Assembly: GCA_018814825.1 (NCBI GenBank)
Contig: JAHIYJ010000090.1
Location: 1,321-65,320, forward strand
Origin: Candidatus Omnitrophota bacterium
GTDB lineage: Bacteria > Omnitrophota > Gorgyraeia > Gorgyraeales > Gorgyraeaceae
DNA: 64,000 nt
Direction: 5' to 3'
Positions 1 to 10,096 of the stretch are shown in pieces; the first letter of the stretch is position 1, and every line of letters begins with the position of its first letter. The notes under the pieces were generated by a model. The model did no database searches. It was given only the letters and a program-made list of their open reading frames with translations, and was not told where the DNA came from. A program made the position numbers and the translations under genes.

Positions 1-884
1 ACCCCAGATGCAGAGAGATACTTAAGGCCAGCCCGCATATTGACGAGATAATAGTATATGACGAGAAAGGACGCAATAGACACCTCTTATCCAAGTTCGC
101 AGTTATATCACAGCTGAAGTCGAAAAAATTCGACACTGCGTTCATATTACGCAAGTCCCTCTCCAGGAGCATGCTTCTGTTCCTGTCCAAGATACCGGAA
201 CGCATAGGGTATGACAATAAACGAGCGGGATTTTTGCTCACTAAGAAGATACCTTTACCAAAAGAGGTTTTGCATAAGGCGGAATATTTTTTAGGACTGG
301 CGAGGGCAGTTGGCATAGATCCGCAAAAAGCGGCTTATGAGTTTCGCGTATCAGACGCAGGCAGGGAGAAGGCGGCGGAGATATTAAAAGAGGCGGGTCT
401 TAAAGAGAAAGAAAGTTTTATAGCCATAAACGCCGGCGGAAACTGGGATTTAAAGAGATGGCCTGCCGAGAATTTTGCTGAGTTAGGAGGCAGGATTTAC
501 GATAAGCTAAATCTTAAAGTGGTTCTTACCGGAGCCGTAAAGGATATTGAGCTGTGTAAAAAGATATCAGGCCTCATGAGGCGTAAACCAATATTGTTGT
601 GCGGGAAGACAGATCTGAATACTCTAGGCGCGGTGTTTGAAAAGGCTAAGTGGGTTATTTCAAATGACTCAGGCCCTATGCATATAGCGGCTGGTATAGG
701 CGCGTCTCTGGTGGCCTTATTCGGCCCGACTTCCCCGGAGATAACAGGCCCTTATGGTAATGGCGTTTGCGTGGTGTTCCGTAAGGATACCGGGTGCACA
801 ATACCCTGTTACAGGCTTTCGTGTAATGATAATAAATGCATGAAGGCAATAACTGTAGAAGAAGTTTTAAGAGCCATATCGTGA
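1..884 (+). CDS. ADP-heptose:LPS heptosyltransferase (GT9 family), 5'-partial; the frame is open from the window edge into the listed 171..884 ORF
   Basis: Translating from nt 3 (..ILKASPHIDEIIVYDEKG..KFDTAFILRKSLSRSMLLFLSKIPERIGYD..) gives no stop before 884. C-terminal GT9 hallmarks are present (GPMHIAAGIGA..LFGPTSP). The true start lies upstream of the window. Confidence 0.8.
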   Translation, partial: PRCREILKASPHIDEIIVYDEKGRNRHLLSKFAVISQLKSKKFDTAFILRKSLSRSMLLFLSKIPERIGYDNKRAGFLLTKKIPLPKEVLHKAEYFLGLARAVGIDPQKAAYEFRVSDAGREKAAEILKEAGLKEKESFIAINAGGNWDLKRWPAENFAELGGRIYDKLNLKVVLTGAVKDIELCKKISGLMRRKPILLCGKTDLNTLGAVFEKAKWVISNDSGPMHIAAGIGASLVALFGPTSPEITGPYGNGVCVVFRKDTGCTIPCYRLSCNDNKCMKAITVEEVLRAIS

Positions 885-893
885 AAATCCAAA

Positions 894-1856
894 ATGCGAA
901 AAGTCCTATTTATTACGCTTAGTAATATCGGTGACGTGATCTTGACATTGCCTGTCCTGTCTGGGTTAAAGTACAGTTTCCCGACCGCCAGGATAGATGT
1001 TGTGGTGGGTCCAAGGCCAAGCGAAATATTCAAAAAAGACCCGAGGGTGGGGACTGTCTATGTATACGATAAACAGGACCCGTTAAAAGAAAGGCTCTAT
1101 TTTTTAAGAAAGCTGCGGAGTGAAAAATATGACCTGGCGGTTGACATGAAAACCAGCCTTGTTCCGCTTTTAATAGGAGCTAAAAAGAGGTCTTCTCTGG
1201 TCGCGAGACGCAGTAATGGCGGGAGACATAAAAGCGCGGTTCATCTGGATAAATTGAGAGAATTAGGCTTAGCTCATAGCCCTGAGCCTAGCATTTACAT
1301 TGATGATAGTGACAGAGAAAAGATAGAGGCTCTCCTTAAAAAACATGGCATTGGTAAACCTCACCTGATAGCAGGAATAAGCCCCTCCACGCGAGGCACG
1401 TTAAAGCAGTGGCATACAGACGGATTCATAGAAGTTATCCGGGGGCTCTTGAAGGATGAGAGGCTCAGGATAATCCTTATAGGTGATGGCAGTCAAGTTG
1501 ATATTTCCGGGAAGATAATGGATTACATAAAAAGCGGATCAGTGATAGATCTTACTGGAAAGATTGACCTGAATGGGCTGTTTGCCCTGATAGAGCGCAT
1601 GAGCGTTATGCTTACAGGGGATAGCGCCGCGCTGCATATAGCGTCCGACCTTAGGATAAAGACGGTCGCCTTATTCGGCCCGACTTCTCCGGAAGAATAT
1701 GGTCCCAGAGGCAAGGATGATATCGTGATCAGGAAAAAACTGAAATGTTCTCCCTGCAAGAAGGCTGCCTGTTCGTTTAACCACGAATGCATGAAAGAGA
1801 TAAAACCTGCTGAGGTATTAGAAGCATTAAAAAGACTCTTAAATGGATATTGCTAA
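894..1856 (+). CDS. ADP-heptose:LPS heptosyltransferase (GT9 family), paralog 2
   Basis: 320 aa. N-terminus MRKVLFITLSNIGDVILTLPVL and C-terminal GDSAALHIAS..LFGPTSP are typical of the RfaF/RfaC/RfaQ family. It follows the upstream paralog after a 9-nt gap. Confidence 0.8.
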   Translation: MRKVLFITLSNIGDVILTLPVLSGLKYSFPTARIDVVVGPRPSEIFKKDPRVGTVYVYDKQDPLKERLYFLRKLRSEKYDLAVDMKTSLVPLLIGAKKRSSLVARRSNGGRHKSAVHLDKLRELGLAHSPEPSIYIDDSDREKIEALLKKHGIGKPHLIAGISPSTRGTLKQWHTDGFIEVIRGLLKDERLRIILIGDGSQVDISGKIMDYIKSGSVIDLTGKIDLNGLFALIERMSVMLTGDSAALHIASDLRIKTVALFGPTSPEEYGPRGKDDIVIRKKLKCSPCKKAACSFNHECMKEIKPAEVLEALKRLLNGYC

Positions 1857-2880
1857 AGTCAAGAGAATACTGATAGTCAGGACTGACAGGATAGGCGATG
1901 TGGTGCTTTCAACGCCCGTGATTACGGCTGTAAGGGCCGCTTTTCCGGAAGCCTATATCGCGGTGATGGTTTCTCCCCAGACCAGGGAGATTGTTTCGGG
2001 CAACCCGTATCTTAATGAAGTCATAGCTTATGATAAAATCTCAAAACATAAAGAGTTCTTAAAAACTTTTTTATTCGCAAACTGGCTTAGGGGCAAGAGA
2101 TTTGATCTGGCTCTTATACTGCATTCCACGATAAGAATCAACATTATTTGCTGCCTCGCGGGTATCCCGAGAAGGATAGGCTATGCCAGGGGCAAGATGG
2201 ATTTTCTTTTAACCCATAGGCTGGAATATGTGAAACGGTTAGGAGAAAAGCATGAGATAGAATATTCGCTTGATGTATTACGTTCCTTAGGCGTAAAAGC
2301 GGAGCCATCGCCTCTTGTAATGCCTCTGAAAGAAAGCGTTGTTAAAGAGGCTGATAGTTTGCTATTCGAATCAGGTTTAAAAAAAGACGAGAGGTTCGTC
2401 GTTATCAGTCCCGGTGCCAGCTGTGTTTCCAGGATTTGGCCTTCCGCGAATTTTGCCAGATTGGCCGATATCCTGAAAGAGTGTTTTGGCCTGTCGACAG
2501 TTCTTGTTTCAGGTCCTGAGGAGGTAAAGATAGGAGAGAAGGTCAGGGAGTCGATGAGCAGTAAACCTGTTTTTTTATGCGGCAGGACGTCGCTGGGTGT
2601 TTTAGCGGCAGTATTGAAGCGTGCGTCATTATTAATCTCTAATGATTCAGGACCTGTCCATATAGCGTGCGTCGTTAAAACACCGGTTATTTCCATATTT
2701 TCAAGAAAACAAAAAGGGCTTAGTCCCACGAGGTGGGGGCCCTATGGCGAAAGAAACGCCATTATCCATAAAGACGTTGGATGCGTTAAATGCCTTGCGC
2801 ATAATTGCAGTAAAGGGTTTTTGTGCCTCTACTCGATAACCGTGGAAGAGGTGCTGGAGAAGGCAAGGGAGTTACTCTAA
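1843..2880 (+). CDS. ADP-heptose:LPS heptosyltransferase (GT9 family), paralog 3
   Basis: 345 aa. ILIVRTDRIGDVVLSTPVI, ..NDSGPVHIAC.. and a C-terminal Cys-rich motif. It overlaps the upstream gene by 14 nt, consistent with translational coupling. Confidence 0.8.
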   Translation: MDIAKVKRILIVRTDRIGDVVLSTPVITAVRAAFPEAYIAVMVSPQTREIVSGNPYLNEVIAYDKISKHKEFLKTFLFANWLRGKRFDLALILHSTIRINIICCLAGIPRRIGYARGKMDFLLTHRLEYVKRLGEKHEIEYSLDVLRSLGVKAEPSPLVMPLKESVVKEADSLLFESGLKKDERFVVISPGASCVSRIWPSANFARLADILKECFGLSTVLVSGPEEVKIGEKVRESMSSKPVFLCGRTSLGVLAAVLKRASLLISNDSGPVHIACVVKTPVISIFSRKQKGLSPTRWGPYGERNAIIHKDVGCVKCLAHNCSKGFLCLYSITVEEVLEKARELL

Positions 2881-2915
2881 CTTGACAAAACTTACATTGT
2901 AAGATTTGTCAAGTT
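2879..2915. repeat. 17-bp-arm palindrome AACTTGACAAAACTTAC-att-GTAAGATTTGTCAAGTT placed right after a stop codon and right before an SD (AAGGGGG)
   Basis: Read directly from the sequence. The arms have one mismatch. A second copy with compensatory changes is at 61984..62020. Confidence 0.6.
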
Positions 2916-2923
2916 AAGGGGGT

Positions 2924-3742
2924 ATGAAAATGGCAAGGCTTGTAGTTTTGGTTATTTTAGTGTGCTTGATGGTTGGGTGTGGGATAGCTGCTCAATATAG
3001 AATAGCGGAGCCTCCTGAGGATGTTTCAATAGAGGCCCCTGCCAAAAAACTGGACATCGGGGAAAAATTCACATACAAGGCGGAATGGCTTGGTATGGAT
3101 GTGGGCATTGCCACTTTGTCTGTGCAGGGCATTACGGAACGAAACGGCAGAAAAGTCTATCATATACTCGCCACGGCGGAAACAGTGCCTATTATCTCTA
3201 AGATCTATAAAGTCGAAGACAGGATTTCCAGTTACCTTGATACGGAGAAGCTTTACCCCGTAAGGTTTGAGAAGCAGCAGAGAGAAGGTGGTTATCGCTC
3301 AGATGAATATACTGATTTTGACCAGACTAAAGGAAAGGCTTATTATTTTTCCAGGCGGAACCACACCAAAAAAGAATATGAGATACCGGAAAAAGTCCAG
3401 GACCCCTTGAGCTGTATGTATTATTTCAGACTCCAGGACGTGGCCGTGGGAGAGTCTGTATTCGCGAATGTCAACACTGACGAGAAGAATTATCTGCTAG
3501 AGGCCAAGATACTCAAAAAAGGCATTGTCAGGATTGAGGGCGTGGGAGAATGGGAGGCTTTTATGGTTGAGCCTCTGCCCTGGTTCCAGGGTAAAGTGAC
3601 CAGAAAGGCGAAAGTCACTATGTGGCTTTCATCGGATGAGAAGAGGATACCCCTTTTACTGGTGACAAAAGGCATCCCTTTTGTGGGGACGGTTACCATA
3701 ACCCTCCAGAAAATAGAGTGCCTTGACACTGTGAAAGAATAA
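2924..3742 (+). CDS. Lipoprotein, DUF3108-like (LPS-locus associated), function unknown
   Basis: Signal peptide plus lipobox (MKMARLVVLVILVCLMVGCG). GEKFTYKAEWLGMDVGIATLSV resembles the DUF3108 motif. It sits inside the LPS core gene block. Confidence 0.45.
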   Translation: MKMARLVVLVILVCLMVGCGIAAQYRIAEPPEDVSIEAPAKKLDIGEKFTYKAEWLGMDVGIATLSVQGITERNGRKVYHILATAETVPIISKIYKVEDRISSYLDTEKLYPVRFEKQQREGGYRSDEYTDFDQTKGKAYYFSRRNHTKKEYEIPEKVQDPLSCMYYFRLQDVAVGESVFANVNTDEKNYLLEAKILKKGIVRIEGVGEWEAFMVEPLPWFQGKVTRKAKVTMWLSSDEKRIPLLLVTKGIPFVGTVTITLQKIECLDTVKE

Positions 3743-3776
3743 TGTTAAAATAGTCAGAATATAACGGGAATTATAA

Positions 3777-4715
3777 ATGTCCAAAGATATAAACTTAGAT
3801 AAACTCAAGACTTATCCAATAGCCAAAAGAAAAAGCGAGGTCTCTTACAAGGATTTTGCGAAACCTCCCTTAAAGAACGCCGCTTTCTCTGATTTTTATG
3901 ACTCCCTTCCCCGTATACTTTCGGGCACGAGCTTCAGGCAGGTCGTCGATGCCGTAATTTCAGCGCGCAAAAGGAAAAAACCCGTCATAGCCATGATGGG
4001 TTCGCACGTGATTAAATGCGGACTGAATCCGGTGATAATAGAACTAATAAACAGGAAAATAATTACCGCTATCGCATTGAACGGTTCTGGCGCTATACAT
4101 GATTTTGAGATCGCCCTTATCGGCAAGACATCGGAAGACGTGGAAGAGGCCCTCGAAGACGGCAGTTTTGGCATGGCTAAGGAAACAGCCCTGTATCTCA
4201 ATGGCGCGATGGGAGAGGCAGTGGAAAAGGATATAGGCGCCGGCCTCGCCATAGGTCAGGTTATAGAGGAAGAAAAGCTTTCTTTCAGGAAATTGAGCCT
4301 TCTGTATAACTGCGCCAGGCAGGGAATACCTGCCACCGTGCATATAGCCATAGGTACTGATATTATCCATCAGCACCCGAGTTCGGACGGCGCGGCTCTA
4401 GGAGAGGCTTCGTTGAGAGATTTTCATAATTTTATAGATGTAGTCGCGGGGCTGGGTGATGGAGGCGTGGTTCTGAACATTGGCTCATCAGTGATTCTGC
4501 CGGAGGTTTTCCTGAAGGCCCTTAATGTGGCCAGGAATCTAGGGCATAAAGTCAGGAATTTTACGGCATGCAATTTTGACATGATAAACCATTACAGGCC
4601 TTATCAGAATGTGGTTAAGCGTCCGACAAAATCAGGAGGTTCAGGATATACGATTATAGGCCATCACGAGATAATGATTCCGCTTCTGGCGCAGGCCGTT
4701 ATTGAGAAAATATGA
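3777..4715 (+). CDS. Deoxyhypusine synthase-like protein (DHS/homospermidine synthase fold)
   Basis: VIAMMGSHVIKCGLNPVIIELINRKIITAIALNGSGAIHDFEIAL aligns, from memory, with the DHS motif ..GYTSNLISSGIRE..VDVLVTTAGGVEEDLIKCL. IPATVHIAIGTD matches the later IP..A.TD segment. Confidence 0.4.
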   Translation: MSKDINLDKLKTYPIAKRKSEVSYKDFAKPPLKNAAFSDFYDSLPRILSGTSFRQVVDAVISARKRKKPVIAMMGSHVIKCGLNPVIIELINRKIITAIALNGSGAIHDFEIALIGKTSEDVEEALEDGSFGMAKETALYLNGAMGEAVEKDIGAGLAIGQVIEEEKLSFRKLSLLYNCARQGIPATVHIAIGTDIIHQHPSSDGAALGEASLRDFHNFIDVVAGLGDGGVVLNIGSSVILPEVFLKALNVARNLGHKVRNFTACNFDMINHYRPYQNVVKRPTKSGGSGYTIIGHHEIMIPLLAQAVIEKI

Positions 4716-5686
4716 GGAAGAACAGATTAAAAAAGATAATCCCGGCCTTTACCGATAAAAAGGTCCTTATAATAGGCGACCTGATACTGGATGAGTTTTT
4801 ATGGGGCGATGTCTCAAGGATATCACCGGAGGCGCCGGTGCCTGTCGTGTGGATCCGTTCTGAATCGTTTATGCCGGGCGGCGCGGCGAACGTGGCGAAT
4901 AACATTCAATCTTTCGGAGGTAAGACATATCTGGCCGGAGTAATCGGAATGGATGAACGGGGCAGGACGCTTAAAGAGCTCCTCAAAAAGAATGGCGTAG
5001 ATGTGGGAGGTATAGTTGTTGACAGCGAAAGGCCTACCATACTTAAGACAAGGGTCATTGCTCATCACCAGCAGGTTGTGAGGATTGACAAGGAAAAGAT
5101 GGATAACTTGAGCGCGGATCTTATAAGCCAGATTATAATGTATGTTAAGGCCATAATTATAGATATAGACGCCATTATAATAGAAGACTATGGCAAGGGT
5201 GTTATAACGCCCAGGTTATTACGCGAGGTCCTGAGGCTGGCAAAGAAGCATGGCAAAATAGTAATGGTAGACCCAAAAGAAGAGCATTTTAATTATTATA
5301 AAGGGGTGACAGGTATAACCCCAAATCATCACGAGGCGTCAAAGGCAACCGGCATAAAGGTAACGGACGATAAGAGCCTCATAAGAATAGGAAAGGAGTT
5401 CTTAAAAAAATTAAAATCAGAAAGTGTCCTCGTGACTCTTGGCGAGAACGGAATGCGGCTTTTTGAGAAAGGCGGCAGGATTACACATATACCAACCGTG
5501 GCACAGGACGTATTTGACGTATCAGGCGCGGGCGATACTGTCATAAGCACGTTTACGCTGGCGCTCGCGGCAGGGGCATCCATGATAGAGGCTGCCCATA
5601 TTTCTAATCTCGCGGCGGGTATAGTCGTGGGCAAGGTAGGCATCGCTACGGTAACGCAGGAAGAATTATTAAATAAGATAAAATAA
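4712..5686 (+). CDS. hldA: D-glycero-beta-D-manno-heptose-7-phosphate kinase (RfaE domain I, HldA-type; no adenylyltransferase domain)
   Basis: KVLIIGDLILDEFLWGDVSRISPEAPVPVVWI..MPGGAANVANNI is the RfaE/HldE kinase-domain signature. At 324 aa it is a kinase-only form. Confidence 0.8.
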   Translation: MRKNRLKKIIPAFTDKKVLIIGDLILDEFLWGDVSRISPEAPVPVVWIRSESFMPGGAANVANNIQSFGGKTYLAGVIGMDERGRTLKELLKKNGVDVGGIVVDSERPTILKTRVIAHHQQVVRIDKEKMDNLSADLISQIIMYVKAIIIDIDAIIIEDYGKGVITPRLLREVLRLAKKHGKIVMVDPKEEHFNYYKGVTGITPNHHEASKATGIKVTDDKSLIRIGKEFLKKLKSESVLVTLGENGMRLFEKGGRITHIPTVAQDVFDVSGAGDTVISTFTLALAAGASMIEAAHISNLAAGIVVGKVGIATVTQEELLNKIK

Positions 5687-5746
5687 AAAATGAGTGCTTG
5701 GTTATCAGCAGCTGATAGCTGATAACTGATAGCTGAAAGCTGATAT
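5687..5746. repeat. Heptamer-periodic inverted repeat, (AGCTGAT)n with a GTTATCAGC/GCTGATAAC stem
   Basis: The sequence reads gttatcagcagctgatagctgataactgatagctgaaagctgatat. The 7-nt register is visible by eye. Confidence 0.6.
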
Positions 5747-6505
5747 ATGGATGTTATAGGGATAATTCCGGCGAGATACGGCGCGACGCGATTTGAGGGC
5801 AAGCTTCTGGCTGACCTGTGCGGTAAGCCTGTTATACAGCACACATGGGAGAATGCCAAGAAGTCCAGATCAATAGAAGACCTTTTAATCGCTACTGACG
5901 ATAAGCGTATTTACAATACCGCTAAGGGCTTTGGCGCTAAAGCGGTATACACCTCAAAAGCTCACAAAAGCGGTTCAGACAGGCTGACAGAGATCGCCAG
6001 CCAGTTTGAGGCCAAAATCATCGTGAATATCCAGGCAGATGAGCCATTGCTGCACCCCTCGATGATCGACAATATAGTAGACCCTCTCCTTAGAGATAAG
6101 GATATTCAGATGGCAACTCTCTGTCATAAGATTGAATCAGAGCACGAGCTCTTTGACAGGAATACGGTAAAAGTCGTGCTCGACAGGAAGGGTTTCGCCC
6201 TGTATTTTTCCAGAGCGGCCATTCCTTATAAGCCGCGTTCTATCCATAACGGCAACAGGATCTCGAATTGTTATAAACATATCGGACTCTACGCTTATAC
6301 CAGGGATTTTCTTTTCACGTTCAAGAGCCTGCCTCAGTCAACGCTGGAGAAGATAGAGAAATTAGAGCAGTTAAGAGTGATAGAGAACGGATATAAGATA
6401 AAAGTGGTTGAGACAAAATACGATACGGTGGGCATAGATACTCCTGAGGACCTGGCCCGGGCGAGGGAATTGATACAGGGGTCAAAGCAGTTGAGTTTTT
6501 TGTAA
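5747..6505 (+). CDS. kdsB: 3-deoxy-manno-octulosonate cytidylyltransferase (CMP-Kdo synthetase)
   Basis: IIPARYGATRFEGKLLADLCGKPVIQHTWENA is a KdsB-type N-terminus. 252 aa. Confidence 0.85.
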   Translation: MDVIGIIPARYGATRFEGKLLADLCGKPVIQHTWENAKKSRSIEDLLIATDDKRIYNTAKGFGAKAVYTSKAHKSGSDRLTEIASQFEAKIIVNIQADEPLLHPSMIDNIVDPLLRDKDIQMATLCHKIESEHELFDRNTVKVVLDRKGFALYFSRAAIPYKPRSIHNGNRISNCYKHIGLYAYTRDFLFTFKSLPQSTLEKIEKLEQLRVIENGYKIKVVETKYDTVGIDTPEDLARARELIQGSKQLSFL

Positions 6506-6534
6506 ATAGAAGTTGGTTTATGGGTATGGAAACT

Positions 6535-6605
6535 GGTTAAGAAATTAGAAGTAGAAGCTGGGTACTGGATATCAGGCTTCCAGTACCCACTTCCAGCTTC
6601 CTAGC
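6535..6605. repeat. Hairpin repeat of the GAAGCTG/CAGCTTC heptamer family (GGGTACTGG-loop-CCAGTACCC core stem)
   Basis: The sequence reads gaagctgggtactggatatcaggcttccagtacccacttccagcttc, lying between kdsB and pyrG. Confidence 0.55.
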
Positions 6606-6649
6606 AAGCCTCCACAACAATAAACCAGCTTCAACAGCCTAAATTTAAT

Positions 6650-8272
6650 ATGCCAAAGTATATATTCATAACAGGGGGCGTTGTTTCCAGCCTCGGGAAA
6701 GGTATTACCTCAGCCTCTATAGGCAAGCTTCTTGAATCCAAGGGCCTGAAGATAACAATACAGAAATGCGACCCTTACATAAACGTGGATCCCGGGACCA
6801 TGAATCCATTCCAGCACGGCGAGGTATATGTGACAGACGACGGAGCCGAAACAGACCTGGACCTTGGCCATTACGAGCGTTTTACAAGTGTGCCTCTCGG
6901 CAAGGATAACAATATCACTACCGGGAAAATCTATGATTCAGTTATTACAAAGGAACGCAGGGGTGATTATCTCGGAGCGACCATCCAGGTCGTCCCTCAT
7001 ATAACGAACGAGATAATATCTAACATAAAAAAGGTATCGAGCGGCAAGGACGTTGATATTGTCATCTGCGAGATAGGGGGGACAGTAGGTGACATAGAAA
7101 GCCTTCCTTTTCTTGAGGCCATCAGGCAGTTCAAGCAGTACGTGGGCAGGGGCAATGCCATAAATATCCACCTGACCCTGGTCCCATATATCAAGGCCGC
7201 AGAGGAAGTAAAGACCAAGCCCACGCAGCACAGTGTCGGCAAGATGAGGGAAATAGGTATCCAGCCGGATATATTGATCTGCAGGACCGAGAAACCCATT
7301 TCAAAGAAGGTAAAACAGAAAATAGCCCTTTTCTGCAACGTGGATGAAGACGCTGTAATAGATACGCCTGACGTGAAAGATATATATGAGATCCCTTTAT
7401 TGTTCCAACAACAAGGACTGGGGAAGATTATATTAAGGCTGCTGGAATTGAGATATAGAGAAGGTGACCTGAGCGCGTGGCGCGATAAAGTGGTTAAAAG
7501 GGCGCTTCACCCGACAAAAAGGGTCACGATAGCCGTTGTCGGAAAATATATAGAGCTGAATGACGCGTATAAATCTATCTATGAGTCCTTAAAGCACGCA
7601 GGCGTGGAAAATGACGCTAAAGTGGACATCAGGAAGATAGATTCGGAGGAGATAGAGGAAAAAAACGTGGATAACTTTCTTAATGACGCGGACGGGATCC
7701 TTGTCCCGGGGGGATTCGGCTCACGCGGCATAGAGGGTAAGATCAGGGCAATAAAATTTGCCAGGGAAAATAATATACCCTTTTTTGGCATATGTCTAGG
7801 TATGCAGTGCGCTGTCGTAGAGTTTGCCAGAAACGTATGCAAGTTAAAAAAGGCCCATTCAACGGAATTTGACAAATCAACGCCCTTCCCTGTAATAAGC
7901 CTGCTCGAGGAACAAAAAAGAGTGAAAGATATGGGGGGCACCATGAGATTAGGCGCCTATCAATGCAGGCTGAAAAAGGCGACGCGCACGTACGAGGCGT
8001 ATGGTAAAGAGAGGATCTCAGAAAGACACAGGCACAGGTATGAGTTTGACACGCACTATAAAAGGAGCATGGAAAAAGAAGGCCTTGTCATATCAGGGAC
8101 TTCTCCTGATCTTAGGCTGATGGAGGTAGTCGAGATAAAAAACCATCCATGGTTTGTGGCGTGCCAGTTTCATCCTGAGTTTAAATCAAAACCTGATAAC
8201 TGCCATCCGCTGTTCAGGGATTTTGTAAAAGCGTCTCTGGCCCACGGGAAAAAAGGCAAGACAAGCAAATGA
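6650..8272 (+). CDS. pyrG: CTP synthase
   Basis: [64 protein letters not shown], plus a C-terminal GATase domain (GICLGMQ). 540 aa. Confidence 0.95.
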   Translation: MPKYIFITGGVVSSLGKGITSASIGKLLESKGLKITIQKCDPYINVDPGTMNPFQHGEVYVTDDGAETDLDLGHYERFTSVPLGKDNNITTGKIYDSVITKERRGDYLGATIQVVPHITNEIISNIKKVSSGKDVDIVICEIGGTVGDIESLPFLEAIRQFKQYVGRGNAINIHLTLVPYIKAAEEVKTKPTQHSVGKMREIGIQPDILICRTEKPISKKVKQKIALFCNVDEDAVIDTPDVKDIYEIPLLFQQQGLGKIILRLLELRYREGDLSAWRDKVVKRALHPTKRVTIAVVGKYIELNDAYKSIYESLKHAGVENDAKVDIRKIDSEEIEEKNVDNFLNDADGILVPGGFGSRGIEGKIRAIKFARENNIPFFGICLGMQCAVVEFARNVCKLKKAHSTEFDKSTPFPVISLLEEQKRVKDMGGTMRLGAYQCRLKKATRTYEAYGKERISERHRHRYEFDTHYKRSMEKEGLVISGTSPDLRLMEVVEIKNHPWFVACQFHPEFKSKPDNCHPLFRDFVKASLAHGKKGKTSK

Positions 8273-9105
8273 CGAAAGAGATAAAGATAGGGAATATAAA
8301 GATAGGCGGCAATAATACCATTACCTTAATCGCCGGGCCATGTGTTATCGAGAGCGAGCGGCACGCCATGCGTCACGCGGAAGCTATCAAAAAGATATGC
8401 GGTAAACAAGAGATATCTTTTATATACAAATCCAGCTATGACAAGGCGAACCGCTCAAATGTCAAATCTTACAGGGGGCCTGGCATAGAAAAGGGCCTTA
8501 AAATACTGGCGAAGGTAAAGAAAGAAACAGGTGTTCCTGTATTAAGCGATGTACACTGCAGGGCGGAGCTTTCAGAAGCGTCTGGTGTCCTTGATATCAT
8601 CCAGATACCGGCTTTTTTATGCAGGCAGACGGATTTCATAGTAGAAGCGGCAAAGACAAAAAAGGTCATCAATGTGAAAAAGGGCCAGTTCCTTGCGCCA
8701 TGGGACATAAAAAACATAGTAGAAAAAATAGAGGTCAGCGGCAATAAAAATATCATCATTACGGAACGCGGCACGATGTTCGGGTACAATAATTTAGTCA
8801 GTGATTTCAGGTCCCTGGATATAATGAGAGAGTTTGGCTATCCTGTGGTTTATGACGCGACTCACAGTGTCCAGCTGCCGGGGGGCAGAGGTTCTTCTTC
8901 GGGCGGAGATAGGAAGTTTGTGGCGTCTCTTTCCCGCGCGGCAGTAGCTGTCGGGTGCGATGGATTATTTTTGGAAGTACACGAAAACCCAGACAAAGCG
9001 CCATGCGATGGCCCGAATATGATTGATTTGAAGACGCTGGAAAAATTATTGAGTGAAGTCAAAGATATAAATCGGGTAATATTTCAAACCCGCATTGCAA
9101 TTTAA
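8269..9105 (+). CDS. kdsA: 2-dehydro-3-deoxyphosphooctonate aldolase (Kdo-8-P synthase)
   Basis: [46 protein letters not shown]. 278 aa. Confidence 0.9.
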   Translation: MTKEIKIGNIKIGGNNTITLIAGPCVIESERHAMRHAEAIKKICGKQEISFIYKSSYDKANRSNVKSYRGPGIEKGLKILAKVKKETGVPVLSDVHCRAELSEASGVLDIIQIPAFLCRQTDFIVEAAKTKKVINVKKGQFLAPWDIKNIVEKIEVSGNKNIIITERGTMFGYNNLVSDFRSLDIMREFGYPVVYDATHSVQLPGGRGSSSGGDRKFVASLSRAAVAVGCDGLFLEVHENPDKAPCDGPNMIDLKTLEKLLSEVKDINRVIFQTRIAI

Positions 9106-9120
9106 TTGCAATGCGGGTTT
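9086..9120. repeat. Palindrome with 15-bp arms AAACCCGCATTGCAA and a 5-nt centre TTTAA, spanning the kdsA stop codon
   Basis: Read directly from the sequence. Identical arms recur at 59309..59343. Confidence 0.7.
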
Positions 9121-9130
9121 GAAAATAAGG

Positions 9131-10096
9131 ATGGATATGCTAAAACAACGCGCTAAACAGGTCCTTAAAATCGAGTCAGACTCGATAAAACGGCTAATAT
9201 CCAGGATAAACAAGGATTTTGAGAAGGCCGTTAACCTGATATTCGCCTCAAAAGGCAGGGTAGTTGTTACCGGCATGGGCAAGGCCGGTATTATCGGGGA
9301 AAAGATTTCCGCTACACTTGCATCCACTGGCACGCCGAGCCTGTGGATGCATTCAGCGGAGGCCATACACGGCGACCTGGGCCGGGTAAAAAAAGAAGAC
9401 CTGATAATAGCCATATCGAATAGCGGTGAAACAGAAGAAACCATAAGGCTTATCCCTCACATAAAGAAAATAGGAGCCAGGCTTATTGCCATAACAGGTA
9501 ATATGCGCTCCACTCTGGCGAAGAACAGCGACGCTGTTCTGGATGTCTCGATAAAAGAAGAGGCGTGTCCGTTAGGCCTTGCGCCTATGGCAAGCACTAC
9601 CACTATGCTCGCGATGGGCGACGCTCTTTGCGCGGCATTGATAGACAAGAGAGGTTTTAAAAAAAGTGATTTCGCCTTCCTCCATCCCGGCGGGAGCCTG
9701 GGCAAGCAATTGCTTCTTAAGGTGGAGGACATTATGAGAAAAGGCCCTTCAAACCCTATTGTAAAAGAGAATGTGAAAGTGAAAGACGTGCTGTTAAAGA
9801 TTACGACCGCGAGGGCCGGGAGCGCAACGGTGGTTGACAAAAAAGGCAGGTTGGCAGGTATATTCACGGACGGTGATTTGAGAAGGCATTTAGAGGAGGG
9901 GCTTGATCTTTCAAAGAAAAAAGTAAAAGACGTGATGACGAAAAAACCTAAGGCCATGAAAAAAGGAGCGCTTGCCGTTGAGGCGCTGAAGGTTTTGCAG
10001 GATTACAGGATTGACGAGATTCCGATAGTGGATGAGAAGGGCAGGGCAATAGGGCTGGTGGATGTGCAGGATCTGCTGAAAGCAGGGCTTATATGA
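9131..10096 (+). CDS. kdsD: Arabinose-5-phosphate isomerase (KdsD/KpsF; SIS domain plus tandem CBS domains)
   Basis: SIS motif VVVTGMGKAGIIGEKISATLASTGTP and a C-terminal CBS pair. The listed 9095 start lies inside the palindrome. ATG 9131/9137 after AGGA is the more plausible start. Confidence 0.85.
   Translation: MDMLKQRAKQVLKIESDSIKRLISRINKDFEKAVNLIFASKGRVVVTGMGKAGIIGEKISATLASTGTPSLWMHSAEAIHGDLGRVKKEDLIIAISNSGETEETIRLIPHIKKIGARLIAITGNMRSTLAKNSDAVLDVSIKEEACPLGLAPMASTTTMLAMGDALCAALIDKRGFKKSDFAFLHPGGSLGKQLLLKVEDIMRKGPSNPIVKENVKVKDVLLKITTARAGSATVVDKKGRLAGIFTDGDLRRHLEEGLDLSKKKVKDVMTKKPKAMKKGALAVEALKVLQDYRIDEIPIVDEKGRAIGLVDVQDLLKAGLI

Noticed and set aside
2181-2729. Minus-strand ORFs of 60-180 aa, for example 2181..2729, 5329..5859, 12580..13077, 17489..17932, 31995..32375, 34798..35184, 56404..56892.
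   Set aside because: Each lies antisense within a + strand gene that has strong family-level support. They have no RBS context and no recognisable motifs, and are typical spurious antisense ORFs.
9095-9130. N-terminal extensions [12 protein letters not shown] (kdsD) and, at 59329, MQCGFDEDKD (lptB) from the ORF track.
   Set aside because: Both extensions start inside the AAACCCGCATTGCAA palindrome and precede a good SD plus ATG (9131/9137 and 59359). The palindrome also yields the mirror-image peptide CNAGLK on the minus strand, showing this is structure-driven and not coding.
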